Shown: positions 21,925 to 33,046, counted from the first letter of the stretch. The stretch is 64,000 nucleotides of DNA from Candidatus Latescibacterota bacterium (GCA_965248755.1 OZ252149.1:2912001-2976000); one strand, 5' to 3'. A program made the numbers and translations. Notes: generated from the letters alone by a model not told the origin.

Positions 21925-23170
21925 GACCGAATACGAAGTTCCGGAATCACAGTTTCGCCAGCGAATCGCGCGCGTTTCTGAATTCGCCAGTGAGCATGAC
22001 CTGAGCGCCGTCGTCGTCTATTCGGCGCCCAGAATCCACCAGTGGACCCAGACCGGACACGTGGGATATCTGACCAACTGGTCCAATCTGGATCGTATCA
22101 CTGACTCGATGGTGGTTGTGAGCCGCGATGCAGAGCCTGTCCTTCTGGTGGCCGGAGTTGAGTACATGCTGGACCAGATCCGAGAAGTCTCATGGGCAAG
22201 CGACGTGCGGTTGGTCAGCTCGCCTGATCCTCGAGCTGTCTCGGCTGCCTTTGATCCCAGCGTCGGCGGGCAAGAAGCAGCCCGCGGGGCCAAAACCTTC
22301 GGCGGCGAGATTAGGCAGATTCTGGAATCCAGGCGTTGCGCCGACAGTTCCATTGGCATCGCAGGCCTGGAGGCCATGCCCGCCGCCATCCACCGGGACC
22401 TGGCATCGTGCCTGGACGGCCGCATTGCCGACGTGCCTGATATCGTGTCCCTGATGCGTGCGATTAAGACGCCGCAGGAACTGGCGATTCTCAGACAAGT
22501 CGCGGCTATCTCTGATCTCTGCTACGAGACTATGATGGAGGTCTTGACCGATGGGATGTGGGGCTACGAGCTTAGCGCGGAGATGGACCGCGCTGCCAAG
22601 CGCGAAGGCGCTGATCTTGTCTACAATACTGTGCACAGCGCTCCAGGCGGGGACCTGTCAAGTGGCAAGCTGTCCATCAAGGCCCACGATTGCCGGCTGC
22701 ATAGCGGTGATTACATCAATGTCAATGCCTATGTGGTTTACAAGGGCTATTGGATTCAATCAGACCGGGTCGGTACCATCGGCCCAGAGCTGGGATCGAC
22801 AGCCGCCCGTGCAGTCGAGGCCAATCTCCGCGTGCAGGATGAGGTCCTGGCAGCGATTAGGCCGGGATTGCCTATCGGCGAGCTGGTCCGCATCGGGGAC
22901 GAGGTGGCCGAAGGGCAGGGCTACCGGATCCAGGGCGGACGAATCGGTCACGGACAGGGATTGGATTATTCCGAGCAACCTTTTCTCATCGCAGGCAGTC
23001 GCGAAACCCTCAAACCGGGCCATGTGTTTGTCCTGCATGTCTGTCTGGAGCTACCCGGCACGAATGTTCTGATCAACCCTATCGCCGACCTGTGTCATGT
23101 GACCGAGGATAACGTCGAAGTGCTCAACCGATTTCCTCGCGGGCTATTTTACTCGAAGGAGTCGCCATGA
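21914..23170 (+). CDS. M24 family (Xaa-Pro peptidase/creatinase-like) protein
   Basis: Creatinase-type N-domain, RAIKTPQE, GHGQGL; metal ligands look degenerate. Confidence 0.75.
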   Translation: MWDKTEYEVPESQFRQRIARVSEFASEHDLSAVVVYSAPRIHQWTQTGHVGYLTNWSNLDRITDSMVVVSRDAEPVLLVAGVEYMLDQIREVSWASDVRLVSSPDPRAVSAAFDPSVGGQEAARGAKTFGGEIRQILESRRCADSSIGIAGLEAMPAAIHRDLASCLDGRIADVPDIVSLMRAIKTPQELAILRQVAAISDLCYETMMEVLTDGMWGYELSAEMDRAAKREGADLVYNTVHSAPGGDLSSGKLSIKAHDCRLHSGDYINVNAYVVYKGYWIQSDRVGTIGPELGSTAARAVEANLRVQDEVLAAIRPGLPIGELVRIGDEVAEGQGYRIQGGRIGHGQGLDYSEQPFLIAGSRETLKPGHVFVLHVCLELPGTNVLINPIADLCHVTEDNVEVLNRFPRGLFYSKESP

Positions 23171-23769
23171 ACGTGAATCCTCTCAAACAGATATGGTAGG
23201 CTGGCGTGGCACTTCCAGGACAGGGGTACGCTGAAATCGTCCACGAGTTTTTGCACCAACACTGACCCTTTACAGGCAGCTCCCCTTATGGTGCAGAGCT
23301 TTCGATACCCTGGATGGCCTTGAGCATTTCCTCCACCAGCATATATCCCCAGCATATCTTCTATATTCGTTTCAAGAGCAGGACTGCCACATATCTCTGC
23401 CGTCTGAGCCGAAGTGTAACCCAACGTTAGAATTTCCCGCGATAGGGTCCATATTCTGTGAGATCGTTGCTACTACCCAGCATAAACAGATTGTCAGAGC
23501 GACACCTGATTATCTTGACAAAACTGATGGGATATAGGTAGTTGGGGATCTCTGGCTAAATTAGTCTCTACCCGTATTGTGCCCACTTTTCGGATCTCCA
23601 TCGTCACGTCCAGGCTATTTTGACCTGATACTTAGATCTTATATTTGAGCGCAGACTGCTGAAATAGCTCTGAGCCAGTGGAGGATTCAAGCAGAAGGAG
23701 ATTGAGATAAGGGACATATCTTCTGTTGAAATTGAAATCTGGTTTGTGCAGTTAAGGCTCAAAAATTAC

Positions 23770-23798
23770 TTGACTAATATCATCATACGATTTAAATT
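23770..23798 (+). promoter_or_regulatory. Sigma70-like promoter
   Basis: TTGACT-17 bp-TAAATT upstream of the FmdB-family gene. Confidence 0.5.
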
Positions 23799-23891
23799 TA
23801 TACTCTGATATTCAAAAATAGATTGACCCCTGCTCGCCGATTGAATCTATCAGGGATAGATCAAAATTATACTCATAGAACTGGAGGTTAG

Positions 23892-24224
23892 ATGCCCACT
23901 TACGAATATGAGTGTGTTGACTGCGGATATGAGTTCGAAGAATTTCAGAGCATAACAGCCGATCCCATTGATTCCTGTCCCGAATGCGCAGGAAGGGTAA
24001 AGAAACTGATAAGCGCCGGAGCAGGATTCTTATTTAAGGGCTCCGGATTCTACGCTACCGATTACCGCAGTGAAAGCTACAAAAAAGATGCAAAGAAGGA
24101 AAAGAGTGCCACATCCGATTCTGGATCTTCAGGCAATGAGAAAGATTCTAACTCTAAAGCCAAGGAGAAAGATTCTAACTCTAAAGCCAAGGAGAAAGAT
24201 TCTACCTCTAAAGAAAGCAATTGA
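23892..24224 (+). CDS. FmdB-family zinc-ribbon regulatory protein
   Basis: MPTYEYECVDCG...CPEC...FKGSGFYATDY; repeated KDSNSKAKE tail. Confidence 0.9.
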   Translation: MPTYEYECVDCGYEFEEFQSITADPIDSCPECAGRVKKLISAGAGFLFKGSGFYATDYRSESYKKDAKKEKSATSDSGSSGNEKDSNSKAKEKDSNSKAKEKDSTSKESN

Positions 24225-24354
24225 TCCCCGCTCCCCGATTGAGTCTATCGGGGAGCAATCGGGGATCAATTCGCTAAGATGGGAAAATTGTGGAACTGAT
24301 ACGGTGTTTAGAAGTCTATTTTAGGGTGTTTACTGGTGAAAACCGAGGGAGATT

Positions 24355-25089
24355 ATGAACGTGAAAAGGACGGTAATATCGTTATTCTTTGCAGCCACAG
24401 TTCTCTCTGGGTGCGGTAAATCTCCGGATGAGCTCTACTCGGAGGCGCTTTCTGCGCAAGAAGATGGCAAAGCGGAGGAGGCAATATCCCAATATGAAAA
24501 CTTAATAGAGGAGCATCCGCAAAGCCAGCTTGCTCCAAAGGCTCAATTTATGATAGGCCGGGTGTCGGAAACAATCCTCAAAGATTACAAGAAAGCCAAG
24601 ACAGAATATCAAGAAACGTTGGATAGTTATCCCAATTCGGCAGAGGCGGACAGCGCGGGAATAGCTATAGAGCAGATGGCAATCACTATCTTCTCTGAGG
24701 GGCAGAGAGCATCTGTCAAACCTGCGTTATTCTCAAAGGCTGAGGAGCTTTTGAACACCTTCCTGGAGCTTTATCCCAATCATTCCTCGTGTGACAGCAC
24801 ACTTTTGACGCTCGCCAGAATCGCACAGAATAAGGGAGATGCAAAAAAAGCGATCTCAATGTATAATCAGCTTTTGGACAAATATCCCAACAGCAGATTC
24901 GGATACCAGTCCCAGTTTATGATAGGCTTCGTCTACGAAGAGATGTTAAATGATCACGAGAATGCTAAACTGGCCTACCAAAAGGTGATAGACAACTATC
25001 CTGACTCGGACCTTGCCGACGACGCAGAGGTTATGTTAGCACACATAGGTAGAGATCCGGAGGAATGGATCGATTTTCAGGCTCCTTAA
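24355..25089 (+). CDS. TPR lipoprotein (BamD/CpoB-like)
   Basis: Lipobox LSGC; repeated YPxS and AQFMIG TPR motifs. Confidence 0.8.
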   Translation: MNVKRTVISLFFAATVLSGCGKSPDELYSEALSAQEDGKAEEAISQYENLIEEHPQSQLAPKAQFMIGRVSETILKDYKKAKTEYQETLDSYPNSAEADSAGIAIEQMAITIFSEGQRASVKPALFSKAEELLNTFLELYPNHSSCDSTLLTLARIAQNKGDAKKAISMYNQLLDKYPNSRFGYQSQFMIGFVYEEMLNDHENAKLAYQKVIDNYPDSDLADDAEVMLAHIGRDPEEWIDFQAP

Positions 25090-25449
25090 GTTACAAGAAA
25101 TAGCAAATCTCATCTAAAGAAAATGGAAGCAGAAAAAAGGATACTATCTCTAGGCATTCCCATTCTTACGCATTACGGAAACCGTACCCTCCGAACTGAA
25201 GCCATCCCTATCACTATAACTCAAGCTGTTTCAGAAAGTCCAAGGGCATTCTTCTGGATAACTCAACTCCTTATGTCGGGACCCTGCAAAAGAGTTCTTC
25301 AATACTTTTTGGGGAGAAAGGATTGAGATAGGCCTAAAGAAAGGCCTAGACTGCCCCGTCTTCTTGGAGTCGTCCTACGGAGTCGTCCTACGGAGTCGGT
25401 GTAGCCGAAAGATCAGTCGTTGGAATTCAAAGGGAACGGAGAAAACTGC

Positions 25450-26445
25450 ATGCAGATGGCAGCGGACATAGAGAAGATCAACGAAATGATAAGGGGTGAA
25501 AGCGCCTTTACAGAGAAGATAATCTCCGAGATCGGCAAGGTCATAGTCGGACAAAAGCAGATGGTCGAGCGCATCTTGATAGGTCTCCTTTCAGACGGTC
25601 ACATCCTTTTGGAGGGGGTCCCGGGTCTGGCCAAGACCTTAACTGTTGTCACTTTAGCAAAGACGATACGGGCTCAGTTTCAAAGGATACAGTTCACACC
25701 CGACCTCCTTCCGGCAGACCTTGTGGGGACAATGATCTACAGTCAGGAGACTGGAAAGTTCAATCCCCAAAAGGGTCCGATATTTGCAAATATCATACTT
25801 GCCGACGAAGTCAACCGCTCTCCTGCAAAGGTCCAGAGCGCGATGCTCGAATCTATGCAGGAACACCAGGTTACCATAGGGCATAACACGCATCGCCTCC
25901 CTGAGCCGTTTATGGTGTTGGCCACGCAAAATCCCATAGAACAGGAGGGTACCTATCCACTTCCGGAGGCGCAGATAGATAGATTTATGCTCAAGATAAA
26001 CATCAGCTATCCTAACAAGCCCCAGGAGCGGGAGATTATCGACAGGATGACCTCCGGAAACGACCTGAACGTGAATCCGGTAATAGACCTTCAGGATATC
26101 CTGAAGGCCCGCTCTGTGGTGAACCAGGTCTATATAGACGAGAAGATAAAGGACTATATAGTTGACATTGTGTTTGCAACCAGAGAGCCTGAAAACTACG
26201 GTTTGAACGATCTGTCCGGTTTGATCGAATACGGCTCCTCCCCGAGGGCGTCCATATATCTTGTGTTGGCGTCGAAGGCTCAAGCTTTTTTGAGGAGACG
26301 AGGCTACGTGACTCCTGAAGATGTCAAGGAGATCGGGATGGATGTCCTGCGCCACAGGGTTATAGTTACCTACGAGGCCGAAGCTGAGGAGATAACATCT
26401 GAGGACATAATAAAGAGGATATTCGATCACATAGAGGTACCCTAA
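25450..26445 (+). CDS. moxR: MoxR-family AAA+ ATPase
   Basis: LLEGVPGLAKT, RIQFTPDLLP, ATQNPIEQEGTYPLPEAQ. Confidence 0.95.
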   Translation: MQMAADIEKINEMIRGESAFTEKIISEIGKVIVGQKQMVERILIGLLSDGHILLEGVPGLAKTLTVVTLAKTIRAQFQRIQFTPDLLPADLVGTMIYSQETGKFNPQKGPIFANIILADEVNRSPAKVQSAMLESMQEHQVTIGHNTHRLPEPFMVLATQNPIEQEGTYPLPEAQIDRFMLKINISYPNKPQEREIIDRMTSGNDLNVNPVIDLQDILKARSVVNQVYIDEKIKDYIVDIVFATREPENYGLNDLSGLIEYGSSPRASIYLVLASKAQAFLRRRGYVTPEDVKEIGMDVLRHRVIVTYEAEAEEITSEDIIKRIFDHIEVP

Positions 26446-26506
26446 ATCAGTAGTCAGTAGACAGCATGCAGGGGCACCACTTCCCCTGCCTGTCTACTAA
26501 TTTACT

Positions 26507-27385
26507 ATGATCCCAAAAGACATATTAAAGAAGGTCAAACAGATAGAGATACAGACCAGGAATCTCGTAAATACGGTCTTTTCAGGTGAGTATCATTCCG
26601 TCTTCAAGGGCAGGGGGATGGAGTTTGCGGAGGTGAGGGAGTACCAGATAGGGGACGACGTAAGGACTATCGATTGGAATGTGACGGCCAGGATGGATCA
26701 TCCGTTCGTCAAGGTCTTCGAAGAGGAGCGGGAACTGACGGTGATTTTAGTCGTGGATGCGAGTTCCTCCGGAGAGTTCGGCACGGTTCATCAGATGAAG
26801 GGGGAGATAGCCGTAGAGATATGCGCGCTGCTGGCATTTTCGGCTATCAAGAACAACGATAGGGTAGGGTTGATCATCTTCACGGACGATGTTGAAAAGT
26901 TCATCCCGCCCAAAAAGGGCAAAAAGCACGTGTTGAGAGTTATAAGGGAACTCCTCTATTTTGAGCCTAAAGGAAGAGGTACCGACATAGCCAGGGCGTT
27001 GGAGTTCCTGAACATGGTGACCACAAGGAAGAGCGTGGTCTTTATTGTATCGGATTTTCTGTCCCAGGGCTACGACACAGCTTTGAAGATAGCCAACAAA
27101 AGACACGACATCATAGCCATAACGATCACAGACCCCAGGGAGATGGAACTGCCGAATGTAGGGATTGTGGAGTTGGAGGACGCTGAGACTGGAGAGAAGA
27201 TATTGATGGACACCTCCGACCCACAGATCAGAGAGAGATTCTCCACTCTGAATGACCAGGAAAGGTCAAAGCGGGACAGGCTCTTTAGGTCGATCGGAGT
27301 CGATTCGGTAGATGTAACGACCCACCGCCCTTATGTGGAATCCTTGATACGCTTTTTCAGGATGAGGGCCAGCAAATTCAGGTAG
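26507..27385 (+). CDS. DUF58 (VWA-like) protein
   Basis: GRGMEFAEVREY...IDWNVTAR; follows moxR. Confidence 0.92.
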   Translation: MIPKDILKKVKQIEIQTRNLVNTVFSGEYHSVFKGRGMEFAEVREYQIGDDVRTIDWNVTARMDHPFVKVFEEERELTVILVVDASSSGEFGTVHQMKGEIAVEICALLAFSAIKNNDRVGLIIFTDDVEKFIPPKKGKKHVLRVIRELLYFEPKGRGTDIARALEFLNMVTTRKSVVFIVSDFLSQGYDTALKIANKRHDIIAITITDPREMELPNVGIVELEDAETGEKILMDTSDPQIRERFSTLNDQERSKRDRLFRSIGVDSVDVTTHRPYVESLIRFFRMRASKFR

Positions 27386-27486
27386 AAATCGAAAGCTGGG
27401 AACTTTATTCCAGCGTTGTCGTAAAATATTACAGATTAAGTTTTGGGGCAATTAGGTTTGGGGGCAATTAGAGGGAGGGAATAGCT

Positions 27487-28089
27487 TTGGAATTTAAGTA
27501 CTGGCTCCTCCCGATCATAAGCGCGGCGGTCGGATGGTTTACAAACTATGTGGCCGTAAAGATGATCTTCCAGCCCCGAAGGAGGATAGAGTTCTGGGGC
27601 CTTTCGATACAGGGTCTGCTCCCTCAAAGACAGGGGCAGCTTGCCGAGATTATAGGAAGAATCGTCGAGGAAGAGCTCCTTACACACACAGATATAAGAA
27701 GTGCAATTTTTGAGGACGGCTTTTGCGACACTGCGGCGGACGTGATAGGTCGCAGGATAGACCAAACAGTGGACTACAAGCTGAAACCGTACAGTATCTT
27801 ACTGAAGAACTCGGTCGCCAGGAAAGCCCTTCAGAGATTCAAGGATGCTCTGACCTACGAAGCTGTTTCTCTCATTCCTGATGTATCGGATGAGATGATG
27901 AAGCGCATCGAGGAGAACATAAAGATAAGGGACATGGTAAAGGAGAAGATAGAAAAGTTCGACATGGATAAGTTCGAAGGCATAGTATTCAAAGTAGCCC
28001 AAAAGGAGTTTAAACATATAGAGATGTTCGGAGGGATGCTGGGATTTTTGATAGGGGTTGTGCAGATGGTGTTAATACAGCTTTTGTAA
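27487..28089 (+). CDS. DUF445 family protein
   Basis: GWFTNYVAVKMIF...IEMFGGMLGFLIG. Confidence 0.85.
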   Translation: MEFKYWLLPIISAAVGWFTNYVAVKMIFQPRRRIEFWGLSIQGLLPQRQGQLAEIIGRIVEEELLTHTDIRSAIFEDGFCDTAADVIGRRIDQTVDYKLKPYSILLKNSVARKALQRFKDALTYEAVSLIPDVSDEMMKRIEENIKIRDMVKEKIEKFDMDKFEGIVFKVAQKEFKHIEMFGGMLGFLIGVVQMVLIQLL

Positions 28090-28106
28090 AGAGAAGGAGG
28101 TCCCGC

Positions 28107-29051
28107 TTGATTGAAGTTGAAAACCTAACAAAATACTACGGGAGCGTCCCGGCCGTTGAGGACATCGCTTTCCGGGTTGAGAAGGGAGAGATTCTGGGCT
28201 TCTTAGGCCCAAACGGTGCGGGCAAGACGACGACCATGAGGATTTTGACCTGCTACCTCCCTGCGTCTTCGGGAACGGCGAAAGTGGCGGGGTTCGATGT
28301 CTTCGAAAACTCGATGGATGTCCGAAGGAGGATCGGCTATCTGCCGGAGCATCCCCCTTTGTACAACGAGATGACGGTCAGGTCGTATATGAAGTACGTG
28401 GCCAGGATAAAGGGCGTGCCGTCGTCGGAGAGGGAAAAGAGATTCGACGTGGTAAAAGAGCAGTGCGCTATAGGTGAGGTCTGGGATACGATAATAAGTA
28501 AGCTGTCCAAGGGCTATAAACAGAGAGTGGGGCTTGCTCAGGCTCTGATCCACGATCCGGAGGTCCTGATATTGGATGAGCCAACGGTCGGCTTGGATCC
28601 CAAGCAGATAATCGAGGTGAGGGAGCTGATCAAGGACCTTGCTGGGGAGCACACAATAATCTTAAGCACGCACATATTGCCTGAGGTGGAGATGACGTGC
28701 CAGCGGGTCGTAATAATCAACAAGGGCAGGATAGTGGCAGAAGATACGCCTGAAAAACTTGTATCGAGGCTCAAAGGGGCAAATATCCTCTTTTTGAAGG
28801 TTGAGGGTCCACCTGAGGATGTGCTGAATACGATAAGAGCAATCCAGGATGTGAGCAAGGTCAGTCTGGACGGGGTGGCAGATGAGAACCAAATAAACAG
28901 CTATCTTGTGGAGAGCCAGATAGCCAGCGACATAAGGGCGCAGGTTTCTTCCCGGATAGTGGCGGGCAATTTCTCTCTCCTGGAGATGAGACCCGTGGAA
29001 CTAAAATTGGAGGATATCTTCCTTCAGCTTACTGCGGAGGAAAGCCGATGA
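28107..29051 (+). CDS. ABC transporter ATP-binding protein (GldA-like)
   Basis: GPNGAGKTT, LSKGYKQR, LDEPT. Confidence 0.92.
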   Translation: MIEVENLTKYYGSVPAVEDIAFRVEKGEILGFLGPNGAGKTTTMRILTCYLPASSGTAKVAGFDVFENSMDVRRRIGYLPEHPPLYNEMTVRSYMKYVARIKGVPSSEREKRFDVVKEQCAIGEVWDTIISKLSKGYKQRVGLAQALIHDPEVLILDEPTVGLDPKQIIEVRELIKDLAGEHTIILSTHILPEVEMTCQRVVIINKGRIVAEDTPEKLVSRLKGANILFLKVEGPPEDVLNTIRAIQDVSKVSLDGVADENQINSYLVESQIASDIRAQVSSRIVAGNFSLLEMRPVELKLEDIFLQLTAEESR

Positions 29052-29836
29052 GAAATTTTTGGGCTGTCTACACAAAAGAGCTGAAGACGTACTTCGTATC
29101 TCCTATAGCTTACACCGTAGCCGGGGTCTTTATCTTTCTGTCCGGTTACTTCTTCAACAATCTCCTCAAGGAGTTCAGCAGGATCTGCTTTACCTACACA
29201 CAGCAGATGTCAAGAATGGGCGGCCAGATCCCCCTGCTGAATCTGAACGAGTGGGTGGTAACACCTTTCTTCGGCGTGATGGACTTTCTATGGCTCTTGA
29301 TGATTCCGATGCTGACGATGCGGCTCTATTCGGAGGAGAAGAAATCGGGGACGATGGAGCTCCTGATGACTTCGCCTATCACTACAGTTCAGGTCCTGCT
29401 CGGCAAGTTCTTCGCATGTTTTACGCTGTACCTATCTATTGTGGCCACCACGATCGTATTTCCGATACTCCTTGATATATACGCCGAGCCAGATTGGGGA
29501 CCCATATTATCGGCTTATGCCGGGGTCATTCTGATGGGTTCGACGCTCATAGCGATAGGAGTCTTGATGTCGTCGCTTACGGAGAACCAGATAGTGGCTG
29601 TGATAGCAACTTTCGGATTTGTCCTTCTGTTCTGGCTTCTGGACTGGTCCGCAAGTTTTGCCGGTCCGACATGGGGTGGGATTCTCAGGTATTTGTCTAT
29701 AATGCAACATCTTACGGACTTCCATAGGGGAGTGATAGATACCAATGATGTGGTCTATTACATAAGCTTCATCGCATTTGCTCTCTTTTTGACATATTCA
29801 GTCATAGAATCCAGGAGATGGAGGAGCGGAGTATGA
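29048..29836 (+). CDS. ABC-2 permease (GldF-like)
   Basis: YFVSPIAY, EEKKSGTMELLMT; several TM segments. Confidence 0.9.
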   Translation: MRNFWAVYTKELKTYFVSPIAYTVAGVFIFLSGYFFNNLLKEFSRICFTYTQQMSRMGGQIPLLNLNEWVVTPFFGVMDFLWLLMIPMLTMRLYSEEKKSGTMELLMTSPITTVQVLLGKFFACFTLYLSIVATTIVFPILLDIYAEPDWGPILSAYAGVILMGSTLIAIGVLMSSLTENQIVAVIATFGFVLLFWLLDWSASFAGPTWGGILRYLSIMQHLTDFHRGVIDTNDVVYYISFIAFALFLTYSVIESRRWRSGV

Positions 29837-31239
29837 CGAAAATACTCGCAAGCAGGACATTCAAATACGGTTCTAACGCCATAATTTTGGCTCTGATTGT
29901 ACTGGGCATAGTGGCTGTAATTAACTATCTTTCCATCGAATATCACAAAAGGTTTGACGTGACTCCGGGAAAGCTCTACAGCCTTTCGGATCAGACTAAA
30001 AATGTGCTGAAGAACCTGGATAAAGACATCAAGATCACGGCTTTCTACCGTGAGATGGAGAGCCCTAAATTCAAGGATCTTCTCCAAGAGTATTCCTATT
30101 ACTCGGACAGGTTCTCTTACGAGCTCATAGATCCCGATAAGAATCCAGCCATCGCCAAACAGTACGGGATCAGGGCCTACAGGACTACAGTCATCGAGAG
30201 CGACGGCGCCTCCGAAAGGATAGAAAGCGACGCAGAAAAGGACGTCACCAGCGCTATAATGAAGGTCACAAGGGGTGAAAACAAGGTGATATATTTCACG
30301 ATGGGGCACGGTGAGGCGGACATTGACAACGATAAGACCAAAGAAGGATACAGCATCTTCAGAGACCGGCTCAAAGAATCTAACTACAACGTGGAGAAGG
30401 TCATACTCGCCCAAGAAGGAGGGATCCCTCAAGACTGCGATCTTTTAGTGGTAGCAGGACCCCAAAACCGGCTCTTCAACCCGGAGATAGGTCTGATCAG
30501 CACATATCTGGATAAGGGAGGAGATGCCCTGTTCCTTCTGGATCCTTTAGTGGATTCCGGGCTTGAGGCAATGCTGAGGTCGTGGTCTGTGGAGGTCGGG
30601 GACGACTTTGTGGTGGACTTCGGGATTATCGGTAAACTGTTCGGTTTAAGAGACAACACGATGCCCGTGACGACCCAGTACGGCAATCACGAAATCACCC
30701 AAAAGCATCAGCGCATTATGACGTTCTATCCCCTGGTAAGGTCGGTCTCGGCTATGGATCAAAAGGAATCGGGGACACAGGTAACAGAGCTCGTTTTGAC
30801 GAGTTCTGAAAGTTGGGCTGAAACGAGCGTGGATCTCTTGCAAGGTCCAGCGGGGAAGGTCGAGATAAATCAAGACCCTGATGAGAAGGGAGGGCCGGTT
30901 TCGTTAGCTGTGGCTGTCGTCTCGGATGCACGGATGGCGTCTCAAGATGAAGAGTCCGAGGAGGATGGAGATAAGAAGTCCAGGATAGTCGTATTCGGAG
31001 ACCACGACTTCGGGAACAATCAGTTCTTCGGTCAGCAGGGAAACGGCGATCTCCTTATGAACTCAGTAAACTGGGTACTCGAGGAGGAGGAGCTTATCTC
31101 AATTCGTCCCAAGACGCCCGGCTTCAATCCGGTGACACTCTCGGCAAAGCAGGGGGACGTCGTGTTCTATATATCGGTCGTGGTGCTCCCCGCCCTAATC
31201 CTGCTTTCTGGAGTGGCTGTCTGGTGGAGAAGAAAATAG
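29833..31239 (+). CDS. GldG-family ABC auxiliary component
   Basis: RFDVT...YSLS, YFTMGHGE, RIVVFGD, C-terminal TM ending WWRRK. Confidence 0.88.
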   Translation: MTKILASRTFKYGSNAIILALIVLGIVAVINYLSIEYHKRFDVTPGKLYSLSDQTKNVLKNLDKDIKITAFYREMESPKFKDLLQEYSYYSDRFSYELIDPDKNPAIAKQYGIRAYRTTVIESDGASERIESDAEKDVTSAIMKVTRGENKVIYFTMGHGEADIDNDKTKEGYSIFRDRLKESNYNVEKVILAQEGGIPQDCDLLVVAGPQNRLFNPEIGLISTYLDKGGDALFLLDPLVDSGLEAMLRSWSVEVGDDFVVDFGIIGKLFGLRDNTMPVTTQYGNHEITQKHQRIMTFYPLVRSVSAMDQKESGTQVTELVLTSSESWAETSVDLLQGPAGKVEINQDPDEKGGPVSLAVAVVSDARMASQDEESEEDGDKKSRIVVFGDHDFGNNQFFGQQGNGDLLMNSVNWVLEEEELISIRPKTPGFNPVTLSAKQGDVVFYISVVVLPALILLSGVAVWWRRK

Positions 31240-31377
31240 TACATGATGGCGGGCTTTAGGGATACCTTTTATGGATATAAAGAATCAGGGGATATAAAGA
31301 ATCAGGCAAGTAGTGCATTAGCAATTAGTGCATTAGGTGGCATCCCCACACGCATAGTGACAACGGTGCATAGATTT

Positions 31378-32223
31378 ATGTTGGAGCAAGTAAGTTTCTT
31401 TGCTGAAGGCCTCGATCACGCAGAAGGCGTGGCCGTCCATCCGGATGGGGGTGTCTGGTGCGGCGGCGAGGCCGGTCAGATCTATCGAATCGATCCATCG
31501 GGTAAGAATGTGGAAGAAGTTGCCCATACCGGTGGGTTTGTGCTGGGTTTGGCATTTTCACCTGATGTCAGTTGGCTGGCAATCTGCGATGCCGGGAATA
31601 GAGCAGTGATGAGATTAGAGCTGTCCACCATGGAGGTTAGCACGTTTGCACAGACGATTGGTGACTGGCAACTTATGCTGCCGAATTATCCCGTATTTGC
31701 TCGGGACGGGACGCTATACGTTTCGGAGTCAGGCGAGTTTGGAAAAGTCAACGGGCACATATTTCGTTTCGATGGGGAGGGTAACGGTACACTCTGGGCC
31801 GGCGAGACGCTGAATTTCGCCAACGGCATGGCGTTGGATGCGGACGAATCGTACATCTATCTGGTGGAGACCTTCTCTCCGTCCGTTTCGCGTTTTCGCA
31901 TCAACGCGGACGGTTCCGCTGGTCCAAGAGAACTTTACGTGGATGACATACGCGAAGTCCCGGACGGCCTTGCATTTGATGTGGAGGGCAATCTCTACTG
32001 TTCGTGTTATGCCCCGTCTCGGATTTACAGAATTGATCCCCATCGTCGCACCTCCGTGTTGGTCGAGGACATTACGTGCCACATGTTGTCCAACTGCACC
32101 AACATCGCGTTCGGCGGGCCTGAATTTAAGACCTTGCTGATCACCAATCTGGGGCGCTGGCACGTTTCCCAGCTGCCGATGAATGTGAGGGGTCTGCCGC
32201 TTTCCTGTCATGTCCAGCAATGA
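31378..32223 (+). CDS. SMP-30/gluconolactonase family protein
   Basis: AEGVAV, FANGMAL, PDGLAFDVEGNLY, TNIAFGG. Confidence 0.88.
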   Translation: MLEQVSFFAEGLDHAEGVAVHPDGGVWCGGEAGQIYRIDPSGKNVEEVAHTGGFVLGLAFSPDVSWLAICDAGNRAVMRLELSTMEVSTFAQTIGDWQLMLPNYPVFARDGTLYVSESGEFGKVNGHIFRFDGEGNGTLWAGETLNFANGMALDADESYIYLVETFSPSVSRFRINADGSAGPRELYVDDIREVPDGLAFDVEGNLYCSCYAPSRIYRIDPHRRTSVLVEDITCHMLSNCTNIAFGGPEFKTLLITNLGRWHVSQLPMNVRGLPLSCHVQQ

Positions 32224-32287
32224 TCTCACCGTGTAGCTCACAGTGTCTACGGCGAGGGTATTGAAATACTGAAAGGTTTAATTGACG

Positions 32288-33046
32288 ATGGCTGCATCCA
32301 TGTTTGAGCTTGACGGGCGCGTGGCCTTGGTCACGGGAGGTGGCAGTGGCCTGGGCCAGGCAATTTCCTTCGGCCTCGCCGACGCTGGCGCCCGTGTGGC
32401 TGTGACCGACAGAGATCTCAAGGGGGCGCGGCAGACCCTTGATATGATCCGGCAGAAGGGGGGGAAGGCCAGGGCCGACCACATGGATGTCAAGAATCGG
32501 GGGGAGATCGAGCAGGTTGTGGCCGATGTTCTCTCCGAATGGCAGGCCATAGATATCCTGGTTAACTCCGCAGGTCTTGCAATCAGGGGAACGGCGCTCG
32601 ACTACGCGGAATCCGACTGGGATGAGATTATGGCGATCAATCTGAAGGGAACCTTTTTAACCATGCAGATCGTGGGACGGCACATGGCCGAACGCAAACG
32701 AGGTAAAATCATCAATCTGGCATCCATCGGAGCCTTTGTCGCCTATCCAGGCAGTATGGCTTATCTGGCCAGCAAGGGCGGGGTCGTTCAGCTGACCAAA
32801 TCTTTCGCCGTGGAGCTGGCCTCCGTCAACGTGCAGGTTAATGCCATTGCACCGTCTCTCTTCGATACGCCTCAGATAAGGAGAGTCCGTTCTGACTCTT
32901 TGGATTACTTTGTCGAGCGGACACCGGCGGGACGGCTGGGCCAACCTGAAGAGATTGTAGGCGCCGCCATTTTCCTGGCGTCGGATGCATCTCCCATGGT
33001 CACCGGCCATACACTGGCGGTTGATGGCGGTTACCTGTCGGTATAG
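32288..33046 (+). CDS. SDR family oxidoreductase
   Basis: TGGGSGLG, YLASKGG. Confidence 0.9.
   Translation: MAASMFELDGRVALVTGGGSGLGQAISFGLADAGARVAVTDRDLKGARQTLDMIRQKGGKARADHMDVKNRGEIEQVVADVLSEWQAIDILVNSAGLAIRGTALDYAESDWDEIMAINLKGTFLTMQIVGRHMAERKRGKIINLASIGAFVAYPGSMAYLASKGGVVQLTKSFAVELASVNVQVNAIAPSLFDTPQIRRVRSDSLDYFVERTPAGRLGQPEEIVGAAIFLASDASPMVTGHTLAVDGGYLSV

Noticed and set aside
23149..23424. 91-aa minus-strand ORF
   Set aside because: No recognisable motif or RBS; possibly a decayed fragment, so not called.
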